Source: Candidatus Eiseniibacteriota bacterium (GTDB lineage Bacteria > Eisenbacteria > RBG-16-71-46 > CAIMUX01 > VGJL01). Taken from it: 64,000 nucleotides of DNA. Numbering within the stretch: position 1 is the stretch's first letter; each line of letters starts with the position of its first letter. Location: the NCBI GenBank assembly GCA_963792585.1, contig CAWBWI010000001.1, positions 640,001 through 704,000 of the forward strand, read 5' to 3'. Under the pieces are notes generated by a model that was given only the letters and a program-made list of their open reading frames with translations, was not told the origin of the DNA and searched no databases. The position numbers and the translations under genes are program-made. Shown here one piece after another: positions 1 through 9,520 of this stretch.

Positions 1-909
1 GGGCTCGGACGCAAGAGCCATCCCGCACTCCGCGGGCTGTCTCTGGAAGTCAAACCCGGCGAGGTCTATGCGCTCATCGGCCCGAATGGGGCCGGGAAGA
101 CCACCACCTTTCGCATCCTGCTCGGGCTGCTCCGCCCGGATTCGGGTAGGGGAAGCGTTCTCGGGCGCCCGCTCGGGGATGCGGAGGCCCGGCGCCGCCT
201 GGGGTTCCTGCCCGAAGCGCCCTGCTACTACCCGTTCCTGACGGTTCGAGAGTTCCTATGCATGGCCGGGACCCTCTCCGGGCTCGCGGAGCCGGGGCAG
301 GCGGCGGATCGAGCGATCGATCGCTTCGGACTCGGCGAGTTGCGGAGACGGCCCCTTCGCCGCCTCAGCAAGGGGCAGGCGCAACGGGTCGGCATCGCGC
401 AGGCGGCGCTGCACGAGCCCGAGCTCCTGATCCTGGACGAGCCGATGAGCGGGCTCGACCCTCTCGGGCGCGCCGATGTGAAGGAATGGATCCGCACCGT
501 CCGCGCCGACGGGCGAACCGTTCTGCTTGCGAGCCACGTGCTCGCCGATGTGGAGGCTCTCGCAGATCGCGTCGGACTGCTCCGCGAAGGATCCCTGGTC
601 GTGCAGGGGGCTACCGAGGATCTTCTTTCCGCCGACCGGGCGGAGGTCGAAATCGAGTTCGTATACCCGAGCGATCCCTCAGCGCTCGTCGACGGGCTCT
701 CCACGAGCCTGGAGCGGCGGGTCGGTGTATGGGCGGCGAGGCTGGCGAGCGGACAGGAGATGCAGGTTTCCGCGCTCCTGGCGCGGATCCTCTCTCACGG
801 CGGAACCGTGCGCTCCGTGGAACGCCGTCGGGCGGACCTCGAAGGATTCTTCCTCGCGTCATTGGAATCCCAACCGATCCAGCCTGCCGACGGAGCGACG
901 GCGCGATGA
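1..909 (+). CDS. ABC transporter ATP-binding protein (PilH-like), 5' partial
   Basis: Frame open from base 1: Walker A GPNGAGKTT, signature LSKGQAQR, Walker B LLILDEP, H-loop SH; sits upstream of a permease and the pil genes. Confidence 0.9.
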   Translation, partial: GLGRKSHPALRGLSLEVKPGEVYALIGPNGAGKTTTFRILLGLLRPDSGRGSVLGRPLGDAEARRRLGFLPEAPCYYPFLTVREFLCMAGTLSGLAEPGQAADRAIDRFGLGELRRRPLRRLSKGQAQRVGIAQAALHEPELLILDEPMSGLDPLGRADVKEWIRTVRADGRTVLLASHVLADVEALADRVGLLREGSLVVQGATEDLLSADRAEVEIEFVYPSDPSALVDGLSTSLERRVGVWAARLASGQEMQVSALLARILSHGGTVRSVERRRADLEGFFLASLESQPIQPADGATAR

Positions 910-1679
910 GCGCGATTCGAGCGATCGCGTGGAACACCGTTCTCGAAGCGGTGCGCGAACGGGTGCTCTATCTTCTGGCGGGCTTCGGCGTCTTCGTATT
1001 CCTCGCCTCCCGGCTGTTGGCGCCGCTCGCGCTCGGCGAAGGGCGCAGGATCACCTGCGATCTGGGGCTCGTCTCCCTCTCGCTATTCGGGGTGTTGATC
1101 ATCGTCTTCGTCGGCCATTCCCTGGTCCACCGGGAAATCGAGCGGGGGAGTGTGGCATTCATCTTCAGCCGTCCCGTCGGGCGGGGCGCCTTCGTGGCCG
1201 GCAAATTCCTGGGACTCATCCTCGTGTTGTCCGCAGCCGAACTGGCGATGGGGTCCATGCTGGCAGCCATGCTCGCGCTGTCGCACTACGCGGTCGGTTG
1301 GGATCTCGCGGGCGCGGTCATCCTCACCCTCCTGGGACTCTGGGTACTCGCCGGGATTGCGATCCTCTTCGCGTCGATTGCCTCGCCGATCCTCGCAGGA
1401 CTGCTCGTGATGGGAGTGTGGTTGATCGGCCACGGCGCCGGCAGCCTCTCCGACCTCGCGCGGTTGTTGCCCGATGGGGCCGCCGGCACAGCCGCCGGGG
1501 CGATCCTGTGGGTCGTCCCGCGATTAGACCTCTACGATGCCTCCACGCTCCTCGTGCACGGTGTGGCCGTGGCGCCTGGCCGCTGGCTTTGGTCCGCCTC
1601 GTATGCCCTGCTCTACATCGCCGGGACCCTGCTTCTCGCGCGAGTCGCCTTCTCGCGAAGGCCGCTGACGGGGATCTGA
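906..1679 (+). CDS. ABC transporter permease (PilI-like)
   Basis: ATGA overlap with the ATPase; MSAIRAIAWNTVLEAVRERVLY; about 6 TM segments; EIERG..SRPV.R..FVAGKFLG motif. Confidence 0.85.
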   Translation: MSAIRAIAWNTVLEAVRERVLYLLAGFGVFVFLASRLLAPLALGEGRRITCDLGLVSLSLFGVLIIVFVGHSLVHREIERGSVAFIFSRPVGRGAFVAGKFLGLILVLSAAELAMGSMLAAMLALSHYAVGWDLAGAVILTLLGLWVLAGIAILFASIASPILAGLLVMGVWLIGHGAGSLSDLARLLPDGAAGTAAGAILWVVPRLDLYDASTLLVHGVAVAPGRWLWSASYALLYIAGTLLLARVAFSRRPLTGI

Positions 1680-1684
1680 CCGAG

Positions 1685-2344
1685 ATGAGACTGCTACCGA
1701 TCGGAGTGCTCGCGATCCTCCTGGCGGGCATCTGCCTCGGCCCCCGCCTCGAGAATCTCTGCGGTCCGTCGGGGACCTCGGACGAACTGCCCCTCTTCCC
1801 GTCGGGGAAGCTCCTGGAGGCGGTGCCGGCGGGGTGGCGTACGACCGCGGCCGACCTCACCTGGCTCCAAGCGATTCAGTACTACGGGAAGCATCACTTG
1901 GAGGATCGGACCTACCCGATGGCGCGGCACCTCTTCGGGGTGACGACGCGCCTCGATCCCCGATTCCGCAACGCGTACGTCTTCGGTGGTTGGGTGCTGG
2001 GGGAGGAGGCCGGGGACATGGACGCAGCGCGGGCCCTCTTCGACCGGGGCCGGCGGGCGATTCCGAACGACTGGATGCTTGCCTTCCAGAGGGGCTTCCT
2101 GGAGTCGATGCGAGGCGACGCGACGCGCGGCGCGCTCCAGATGGCACACGCGGCGGAGATGGAAGGGGCCCCGAGCTATGCGGCCCGTGTGGCCGCGTTC
2201 GCCTGCACGCGGGCCGGCCGCACGGAACTTGCGATCCGTCTCTGGGAGGAACTCGTCCGGGACCCGGATCCAGCGATTCGGGCCTTGGCGCAAGAGCGTT
2301 TGCGCGCGATCGGCACGCGCGTCGCGCGAGGGAGGGATTCATGA
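1685..2344 (+). CDS. TPR-like pilus-associated protein (PilG-like of the myxobacterial pilGHI type)
   Basis: N-terminal hydrophobic anchor; ADLTWLQAIQYYG and LDPRFRNAYVFGG motifs; helical repeats; context. Confidence 0.65.
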   Translation: MRLLPIGVLAILLAGICLGPRLENLCGPSGTSDELPLFPSGKLLEAVPAGWRTTAADLTWLQAIQYYGKHHLEDRTYPMARHLFGVTTRLDPRFRNAYVFGGWVLGEEAGDMDAARALFDRGRRAIPNDWMLAFQRGFLESMRGDATRGALQMAHAAEMEGAPSYAARVAAFACTRAGRTELAIRLWEELVRDPDPAIRALAQERLRAIGTRVARGRDS

Positions 2345-3153
2345 GCCCCGGCGCATGGGTGGGAGCGATTCCTGGAGGATGGGTTCTGCTCGGGCTCCTC
2401 GGGCTTTGCCTTGGGAGCTTCCTCAACGTCGTCATCTACCGGTTGCCGCTGGGACGCTCCCTGGCGCGCCCCCGCTCCGCGTGCCCCAGTTGCAGGACGC
2501 CGATCGCCCCCTACGACAACATCCCGCTCTTGAGCTGGTCGTTGTTGCGCGGGCGATGCCGTCGATGCCGGGCTCCGATCAGTCCGCGATATCCGGCCGT
2601 CGAGGCGCTCGGCGCCGCCTGCGTGCTCGTTTCCGCAGCCATCTCGATCGGGCCCGCCGCTGCGGCCGTGCGGGCGATATTCCTCCTGTCCATGGTCGCG
2701 ATCACCCTGATCGACTATGACCATCGAATCATCCCCGACGAGATCAGCCTGGGTGGAATTCCCCTGGGCCTGCTCGCCTGCACCGTGATCGGCGTGCCCC
2801 GCCTGGAATCCTTGATCGGCGCCCTTGCCGGCGCCGGGGGATTGCTGGCCGTCGCATCCCTCTATTCCGCGCTGCGGAAGGTGGACGGCATGGGCGGGGG
2901 CGACATCAAGCTCGCGGGCATGCTGGGAGCATTCCTGGGCTGGAAAGGGGTCCTGATGACCGTCGTCCTGGGATCCCTCCTCGGATCGCTCCTGGGGATC
3001 GCCCTGATGGCCTCCGGCAAGGGTACGGGAAAGACCGCCCTACCCTACGGGACCTTCCTGGCCCCGGCCGCCGCGCTGATCCTCATCGTGGGCCCCCGAC
3101 TCTGGACCTGGTACGCGTCGCTCCTGCAGCCCTCGGCCGTGGGATCCTGGTAA
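2341..3153 (+). CDS. pilD: Prepilin peptidase
   Basis: GSFLNVVIYRLP, CPSC...CRRC Zn site, GMGGGDIKL, PYGTFLA. Confidence 0.95.
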   Translation: MSPGAWVGAIPGGWVLLGLLGLCLGSFLNVVIYRLPLGRSLARPRSACPSCRTPIAPYDNIPLLSWSLLRGRCRRCRAPISPRYPAVEALGAACVLVSAAISIGPAAAAVRAIFLLSMVAITLIDYDHRIIPDEISLGGIPLGLLACTVIGVPRLESLIGALAGAGGLLAVASLYSALRKVDGMGGGDIKLAGMLGAFLGWKGVLMTVVLGSLLGSLLGIALMASGKGTGKTALPYGTFLAPAAALILIVGPRLWTWYASLLQPSAVGSW

Positions 3154-3249
3154 ATATCCGGGGCGAATCGACCGATACAGGACTCGGAGGGAGCCCAAAG
3201 AGGCACTCCTCGGAAGAGCAAAATCGCCCAGGAAAAGCAGGAGGTTCGC

Positions 3250-4284
3250 GTGTTCGGCAAGAGCAAGACGACGGTGGGTCTCGACATCGGCTCGAGTTCG
3301 ATCAAGGTCGTCCAGCTCGAGACGCGCGGCGAAGTGACCCGCCTCATGAACTACGGCATCGCGGACATCGTCCCAGAAGCAATTGTCGAGGGTGAGATCA
3401 TGGATCGGCAACTCGTGATCGAGGCGATCCAGAATCTTCTCGAGCGTTGCGGGATCAAGGAACGCCGGATCGCAACGGGAATCGCCGGACGCGGCGTGAT
3501 GGTCAAGAAGATCACGATGGACCGGCTCGACCCGAAGGACGCGCGCGAGGCGATCCACTGGGAGGCCGAGCAGTACGTTCCCTACGACATCAACGACGTC
3601 TCCCTAGACTTCCAGATCCTCGATCTCGACGTCGGACCGAAGCAGATGCAGGTTCTCCTCGTCGCGGCGAAGAAGGACCTCGTCAACACGCAGGCCGATC
3701 TGATCCGCGAAGCGGGCCTGATTCCCGCCGTGATCGACGTCAACTCCCTGGCCGTACAGAACGCGGCCGAGCTGAACTACGACTTCGTTCGCGATGAGGT
3801 CGCCGCCCTCGTCAACGTGGGCGCGGAACTGACGAACGTCAACATCATCCGCGGCGGCATTCCGCTCTACGCGCAGGATCTCTCGATCGGCGGCAACAGC
3901 TTCATCGAGAGCGTGCAGAAGCGCTACCAGGTGAGCCGCGAGGAGGCCGTGGGCGCCTTCCGCGCGGGCGAATCATCGACCCTCGATCTCGCGCCCGCCG
4001 TGAAATCCTTTGCCGAGGAACTCGCCATCGGGATCGAGAGAAGCATCGCCTACCTGAAATCCAGTGGCGAGGCCGAGCGCGTCGACCGGGTACTGCTCTC
4101 CGGCGGCGGAGCGCGGATTCTCGGTCTACCGCAAATGCTGGCCGAGCGGCAGCGGGTGCCCGTCGACATCGTCGATCCGCTCCGCCGGATCCAGTTCGCA
4201 CCGGAGTCGTTCGGCGCGGACGATCCGCGGGGGATCGGCCCGCAACTCACCGTCGCGATCGGGCTCGCCCTGAGAAAGGCGTAA
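3250..4284 (+). CDS. pilM: Type IV pilus assembly protein PilM
   Basis: VGLDIGSSSIKVV actin-like fold, EAEQYVPY, LSGGGA, VAIGLALR; AGGAGG RBS before GTG. Confidence 0.95.
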   Translation: MFGKSKTTVGLDIGSSSIKVVQLETRGEVTRLMNYGIADIVPEAIVEGEIMDRQLVIEAIQNLLERCGIKERRIATGIAGRGVMVKKITMDRLDPKDAREAIHWEAEQYVPYDINDVSLDFQILDLDVGPKQMQVLLVAAKKDLVNTQADLIREAGLIPAVIDVNSLAVQNAAELNYDFVRDEVAALVNVGAELTNVNIIRGGIPLYAQDLSIGGNSFIESVQKRYQVSREEAVGAFRAGESSTLDLAPAVKSFAEELAIGIERSIAYLKSSGEAERVDRVLLSGGGARILGLPQMLAERQRVPVDIVDPLRRIQFAPESFGADDPRGIGPQLTVAIGLALRKA

Positions 4285-4289
4285 GAGAC

Positions 4290-4847
4290 GTGATCCGGGT
4301 CAACCTGGTTCCCCTGGAGGAGCGCGTCGCACAGCCGCATCCGAGTCTTGCCACGCCGCGTAGAGGGTTCTGGATATCGATCGGCCTGTGCTTCGCGATC
4401 CTGCTGCCGCTGGGAGGAATCGCAGCGATGCAGCGAGTCAAGATTTCCGGCCTGCGGGAGGACATCGCCCGGGCCGAGACGGAGACCCGGCGCCTGAAGC
4501 CACAGATCGACAAGATCCAGGCTCTGGAGCGGGAACGCGCAGAGGTCAACCAGCGACTCGTCACGGTGCAGGGGCTGGTTCGTGACCGGTACCTTCCCGT
4601 GCAGGTGATGGACGAGCTCGCAACCTCGACCCCCGAGCACCTCTGGTTGACGAAGTACGAACAGAAGACCACGGGGGAGTTTCATTTGGAGGGCATGACC
4701 TTCTCGAACCTCCTCGTAGCCGATCTGATGATGCGGATGGAGGAAGCGGACATCTTCGAGGGGGTCTCGCTCACGGTTACGGAGCGGGGGAAGGTCGGGG
4801 CGAACAAGGTCGTGAAGTTCTCCCTAACCAGCAAAGTCAAGCCGTAG
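4290..4847 (+). CDS. pilN: Type IV pilus assembly protein PilN
   Basis: MIRVNLVP PilM-binding motif, one TM, coiled coil. Confidence 0.9.
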   Translation: MIRVNLVPLEERVAQPHPSLATPRRGFWISIGLCFAILLPLGGIAAMQRVKISGLREDIARAETETRRLKPQIDKIQALERERAEVNQRLVTVQGLVRDRYLPVQVMDELATSTPEHLWLTKYEQKTTGEFHLEGMTFSNLLVADLMMRMEEADIFEGVSLTVTERGKVGANKVVKFSLTSKVKP

Positions 4848-4875
4848 CCAGCGCGCGCTCGGCAGGAGGCTCATC

Positions 4876-5568
4876 GTGGCGATCCAACTGCGCGAACCGA
4901 AGACCCAGAAACTCGTCCTCGTCGGCATCCTCGGCGTGGCGGTCATGTACGTCTACTTCATGACGAGCCTTGTCCCATTCACGTACAAGGCGAGCGCCGC
5001 GGAACTGAGCGAGCTGACGGGCCAGTACCAGCAACTCAACCGCGAGCTGACCGCGGCGCGACAGACGGTCAACTCCTTGCCGTACCTCGAGAGGGAGTAC
5101 GGGCTGCTCCACGAGAGATGGACGCAGGCCCAGCGCCTGCTCCCCGTGGACGAAGAGACGGCGGCGATGCTGCGCGCGGTCACGCTGGTGGGGGACCAGT
5201 CGGGAGTCGACTTCCTCCTCTTCCGACCGCTGCCGTCGCAACCGGCCCAGTACTACACGGAGTACCCGATCGAGGTGAAGGTCGAAGGCGGATACCACGA
5301 GATCGGCGCATTCCTCGGGGAACTGGCCAACATGGATCGGATCGTGACGGTTTCCGACCTGACGATCGAGGCGACGAAGACACAGGAATCGGAGAAGCCG
5401 GCCACCGCCATATTCATCGCGAAGACCTACACCGAGGGTGGGACAGGCGTCGCTCCGGAGGCCGCCGTCGACGGGGAATCGGGAGCCGTGAAGCAGACGG
5501 CCCAGCAGGCGGCGAAGATCGGCAAGAAGCTGAAAGCCAAGACGAGGGGGGAATCGAGCGATGAATAG
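4876..5568 (+). CDS. pilO: Type IV pilus assembly protein PilO
   Basis: N-terminal TM, coiled coil, YTEYPIEVKVEGGYHEIGAFLGELANMDRIV. Confidence 0.92.
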   Translation: MAIQLREPKTQKLVLVGILGVAVMYVYFMTSLVPFTYKASAAELSELTGQYQQLNRELTAARQTVNSLPYLEREYGLLHERWTQAQRLLPVDEETAAMLRAVTLVGDQSGVDFLLFRPLPSQPAQYYTEYPIEVKVEGGYHEIGAFLGELANMDRIVTVSDLTIEATKTQESEKPATAIFIAKTYTEGGTGVAPEAAVDGESGAVKQTAQQAAKIGKKLKAKTRGESSDE

Positions 5569-6199
5569 GGGATCGCTCCGCCTGTTCTGCATCGTCGCGG
5601 GAGCGCTGCTGATCGGGAGCGCCGGCTGCTCGACGGGCAAGGGGAGCAAGGACTCCGCGAAGGCGAAGAGTGAGGCTGCCCATAAGGCGGAGGTGCGCGG
5701 CAAAAAGTCGGCGGCCCCCCGTCCGGCCCCGCTTCCCGACCATGCAAGTGCCGCCCAGCCCGCGTTTGCGATGGCCTCGATGGGCGGGCCAGGCCCGGTC
5801 ATGGTGCAGGCGGACTCGGACTCGGCGGCTCTGCAGGATCTCACCCTGACCCCCGAGCCTTACTACTACGAAAGCGTCGGCCGGCGAGACATCTTCGTCA
5901 GCCTGGTTTCCGAGGAGTACAAGGCGGAGGCGGCCGAGACGGCACGTCCATCGAGCGGAGAACTCCGTGTGGTCGGCATCCTCTGGGCCGAGAACGATCG
6001 CTTCGCCCTCGTTGAATCGGAGGATGGCAAGAGCCGGATTCTTCACGAGGGCGACTCGCTCGGCGACGGCACGGTCGTGCGGGTCCTGCCGGATCGCATC
6101 GTCGTTCACGTAAATCTGTACGGCACGTCACGCAACGTCACGCTGCCGCTGGTCGAGGGAGGAGGATTCGATGAGAGTCCCAAGTCACGCGTCCGCTAG
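5561..6199 (+). CDS. pilP: PilP-like lipoprotein
   Basis: Lipobox-like LIGSAGC; Y...GRRDIF..L; LRVVGILW...ALVE...G beta domain; lies between pilO and pilQ. Confidence 0.8.
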   Translation: MNRGSLRLFCIVAGALLIGSAGCSTGKGSKDSAKAKSEAAHKAEVRGKKSAAPRPAPLPDHASAAQPAFAMASMGGPGPVMVQADSDSAALQDLTLTPEPYYYESVGRRDIFVSLVSEEYKAEAAETARPSSGELRVVGILWAENDRFALVESEDGKSRILHEGDSLGDGTVVRVLPDRIVVHVNLYGTSRNVTLPLVEGGGFDESPKSRVR

Positions 6200-8126
6200 T
6201 CCCCACGGGATCCTCGCCGGGATCTGTCTTATCCTCGCGCCGGCCTTGGCGGCCGGAACGACGCTCGTCGGGGCCACGCTGACCCACACCGATGGAGAGG
6301 CGGTCCTCGCCCTGTCCGCCGAGGACCCCATTCACTATGACGTCTTTCAGCTGACCGAACCCGATCGTGTGGTCATCGACTTGTTGGATACGAATGCCGG
6401 CGTCGAGCCCACCGTCACGGGTGAGGATGGGACCGGATGGTTTGGGGCGGTCCGTCAGGGACTGTGGCGTGATGAGCCGGACGGCCGGATCGTGCGCTAT
6501 GTCCTGGAGACGACGGCGCCTTCGCGATGGGGCGTGACCGCGGAGGGCAATCAGCTCCGTTTTTGCGTGAATCGCGCGGACGCACCGTCGACGACGCCGG
6601 CCGAGAACGGCGCGGGTGAGGGATTCGGGGCCGGCGTTGAATCGACCTCTGAGCCCGCATCGATCGTGCCTCTGCATGCGTCGGAGTCCGTGTCTACGTC
6701 GGACTGCACGACGGCCCCGACGACAACCCCCGAGTCCGTCTCCGTGTCAGAGCCCACTCCCGCGGTAGCGCCTATGACCAACGCGGAGCCCGTAACTTCG
6801 TCGGAGCCCACGTCTGCTCCCGAGTTGGCATCCACGCCGCAATCCGTGCCTGCGCCGATGTCCGTGCCTGCGCCGAATGCGGACATGGCTCCGCCCCTCG
6901 GGGCAGCCGATCCGGCTGTTCCCGCTGCGCTTCTGGCGTCCCCGCCGGAGGGCGCGTCCATGAACCTCGACGTACAGGGAGCGGACATCCGGACCGTCCT
7001 GCGCTCGATTGCCGAGTTCGGCAAGGTGAACATCGTCCCGGATAGGGATATCGATGGGCCGGTCAGCGTGCGATTGGTCGACGTGCCCTGGAGGCACGCC
7101 CTCGATGTGGTCTGCGAATCCGCGTCGCTGACCCCCATCGAACGGGGAGACGTCATTCGTGTCGCGACCCGGAAGATGGTTCTCGAGGAGGACATCGATC
7201 GCGAAGCCGCTGCGCGGAAGCGCGAGGAACTGCTCCCGCTCCAGACGGCGATTCTCCCCGTCGACTACGCGAATGCCGAGGAGCTCAAGAAGTCGATCGG
7301 CTTCACCTTGAGCAAGCGTGGGAGCGCCGAAGTCGATGCGCGGACGAACTCGATCCTGATCACGGACATCGCGGAGCGGATCGACCAGATCCGCAGCATG
7401 GTACAGGACCTCGACACCGAGACGCCTCAGGTCGAGATCATCGCGAAGCTCGTCGACGTCGACGTGACGGCGGCGCGGTTGCTTGGAATCAGCTGGAACG
7501 TCGAGAACCTCCACTCGGACAAGGAGCGGATCTCCGGATCGATCTCGCACAAGACCCCACTCACCGGTGCGACCACGGAGATGAAGCTGGGCATGATCCG
7601 AAGCTTCGGGAACATCGATGCGACGATCCAGGCGCTCGAGAACAAGAACAAGGCGACTCTCCTCAGCAACCCAAGCATCACGACCGTGAACAACCGCAAG
7701 GCCCGCATCCTGGTCGGCAAGGAGATTCCCTTGATCGTTCTGGATCAGTCGGGAAATCCGATCACCGAACTGAAGAAGGTGGGCATCACCTTGGAAGTGA
7801 CGCCTTACATCAACGCCGACGGGCGGGTCACGATGGACCTCCACCCAGAGGTGAGCGATCTTTCGTCGCAGTCGACCGTCCAAGGCGGAATCGTATTCAC
7901 GACGACCGAGGCCGACACGCGCGTGATGGTCAGCGACGGAGAGACCGCCGTCATCGGTGGGCTCATTTCGCAGACCGAGACTCGCTTCGAACAGGGCGTT
8001 CCGATTCTGAAGTCGGTGCCGATCCTCGGCCACCTGTTCCGAACGAGTGACGTTAGGAAAGAGAACCGCGAGCTGATGATCTTCGTCACCCCGCGGATCG
8101 TTCACGGCTCGGCGGGGAGGAAGTAA
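6171..8126 (+). CDS. pilQ: Type IV pilus secretin PilQ with N-terminal AMIN domain and Pro/Thr-rich linker
   Basis: PDRVVIDL (AMIN), MNLDVQGADIRTVL, DARTNSILI, LEVTPYI, DGETAVIGGL, ELMIFVTPRIV. Confidence 0.95.
   Translation: MRVPSHASASPHGILAGICLILAPALAAGTTLVGATLTHTDGEAVLALSAEDPIHYDVFQLTEPDRVVIDLLDTNAGVEPTVTGEDGTGWFGAVRQGLWRDEPDGRIVRYVLETTAPSRWGVTAEGNQLRFCVNRADAPSTTPAENGAGEGFGAGVESTSEPASIVPLHASESVSTSDCTTAPTTTPESVSVSEPTPAVAPMTNAEPVTSSEPTSAPELASTPQSVPAPMSVPAPNADMAPPLGAADPAVPAALLASPPEGASMNLDVQGADIRTVLRSIAEFGKVNIVPDRDIDGPVSVRLVDVPWRHALDVVCESASLTPIERGDVIRVATRKMVLEEDIDREAAARKREELLPLQTAILPVDYANAEELKKSIGFTLSKRGSAEVDARTNSILITDIAERIDQIRSMVQDLDTETPQVEIIAKLVDVDVTAARLLGISWNVENLHSDKERISGSISHKTPLTGATTEMKLGMIRSFGNIDATIQALENKNKATLLSNPSITTVNNRKARILVGKEIPLIVLDQSGNPITELKKVGITLEVTPYINADGRVTMDLHPEVSDLSSQSTVQGGIVFTTTEADTRVMVSDGETAVIGGLISQTETRFEQGVPILKSVPILGHLFRTSDVRKENRELMIFVTPRIVHGSAGRK
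6843..6876 (+). repeat. Tandem repeat with 18-bp period (TCCGTGCCTGCGCCGA x2) in the PilQ linker
   Basis: Identical 16-mers at 6843 and 6861 encoding SVPAP. Confidence 0.7.
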
Positions 8127-8155
8127 ACCCCCAGGTTGTGGATCGAAGATTGGTG

Positions 8156-8197
8156 ATGATGGGTTGATGCGGGTTTCGCCTGGCATCAGCCCATCAT
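8156..8197. terminator. Subterminal hairpin inside the IS end
   Basis: ATGATGGGTTGATGC / GCATCAGCCCATCAT, 15-bp stem with one G-U pair. Confidence 0.5.
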
Positions 8198-8271
8198 GTA
8201 TTCAACTGACTCGACCTCTCCTCTCCTCCTGATGCTCCAGTGGATCCGGCGGAATCCCAGTTCCCTCCCTA

Positions 8272-9420
8272 CTAGAATGCGTACTCCAGCCGATGCTCCG
8301 CCTGCCCCGATCCCAACGCTGCCGTCTTGATTCTTCGCCAGTAGTACGACCACCAGGGTTCTGGTAGATCCTCCCGTCGCGGGAACTTCCTCGTCCGAAA
8401 GACCTGCCTCCAGCTCCACTGGCGATCCAGCATCCCCGCTGCCATGGCCGCCGTTTCTCCGGGCGCCTTCTCCCTGCGGCTCTTGATCGCGTTGCGCCAG
8501 ACCGTGAAGACCGCCAGTCGCTCGATGGCTGCTTGGCGACGCTTGCTGAATGCAATGGTCTCCCGCCGGTGGTTGGCTTGACCATGGCGCAGGAGCAGAT
8601 CGGTCAGGTTGACGGGGAAGAGCGGATTGTGAACGGTTCTGCGGACGGTGGAGGATGTGACCCGGTGCTGGACCACGGGAGATCCCGGCATCGTCGCCAG
8701 ACGGCGAAGAGCCCGTCGGTATGCGGGATGATCGTCGCTGTGGAGCACCCGAAGCGAGGTCGTGGTGAGGCTTGGCCCCATGCAGAGGGGCAGGAGTAGA
8801 TCGAAGACGCCATTCTCAACCGCCTTTGGATCGGGCCGACCCAGCTGGGCCTCCAGATACTGTCTGCGGGACCTCTGTTGGGGCGTCATGGTGCCTTTGC
8901 GGCGCAGAGGGCTGTCGGTGAAGTGGAAGATGGTCCAGCTCTGTGCACCGACAGCGAGGTTGAAGTGAAAGGGGAAGAACTGGGAGAGCTCGAAGGACTC
9001 GAAACCGTCGATGACGAGGGGTTCGTGGATCGGGCAGTCGGCGAGGACCTGCCGATGGAAGAGGAGGCAATGTCGGCCGGCCCGGGCGAGGTGGCGCATG
9101 ACAGTTGCGTGGGAGATGTGAAGGATTCGAGCGATCTGGCGCAGACCTGGACCTTCGGTGGAGAGTTGGGCGATGGTGCGGAGCAAGTCGCGGCGTCTTA
9201 GCCAGTAATCGAGAGTGAACGTTCGGGAGGAGAAGCGCCGTCGGCAGCGGGGACAACGGAAGCGCTGGAAGATGCGACCGTCCGAGGGTCGACAGAAGGA
9301 GCCGTCCAGGGAAGGATTCCAGTTCGGATTGGGGAAGTAGTGACGGCAGTGGATGTTTGGGCAGTGGGGTGGACGGAAGGCGCGGCTGTTGGGGTCGATG
9401 GTTGGACGGGGTTTGGTCAT
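8272..9420 (-). CDS. Transposase (Zn ribbon + HTH + RNase H-like catalytic domain)
   Basis: CPNIHC...FRCPRCRRRFS Zn ribbon; LRQIARILHISHATV HTH; LVIDGFE and LHSDDHPAY acidic motifs; TAAMAAG tail. Confidence 0.85.
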   Translation of the reverse strand: MTKPRPTIDPNSRAFRPPHCPNIHCRHYFPNPNWNPSLDGSFCRPSDGRIFQRFRCPRCRRRFSSRTFTLDYWLRRRDLLRTIAQLSTEGPGLRQIARILHISHATVMRHLARAGRHCLLFHRQVLADCPIHEPLVIDGFESFELSQFFPFHFNLAVGAQSWTIFHFTDSPLRRKGTMTPQQRSRRQYLEAQLGRPDPKAVENGVFDLLLPLCMGPSLTTTSLRVLHSDDHPAYRRALRRLATMPGSPVVQHRVTSSTVRRTVHNPLFPVNLTDLLLRHGQANHRRETIAFSKRRQAAIERLAVFTVWRNAIKSRREKAPGETAAMAAGMLDRQWSWRQVFRTRKFPRREDLPEPWWSYYWRRIKTAALGSGQAEHRLEYAF

Positions 9421-9520
9421 GGTGGAAGAGAGATGCAGCCGCCGTGCCGTGGATGACGGGATGCGGGGGGACGCCTCCTCCTCAGCGGAAGATCAGCAGC
9501 ACCAATCTTCGATCCACAAC

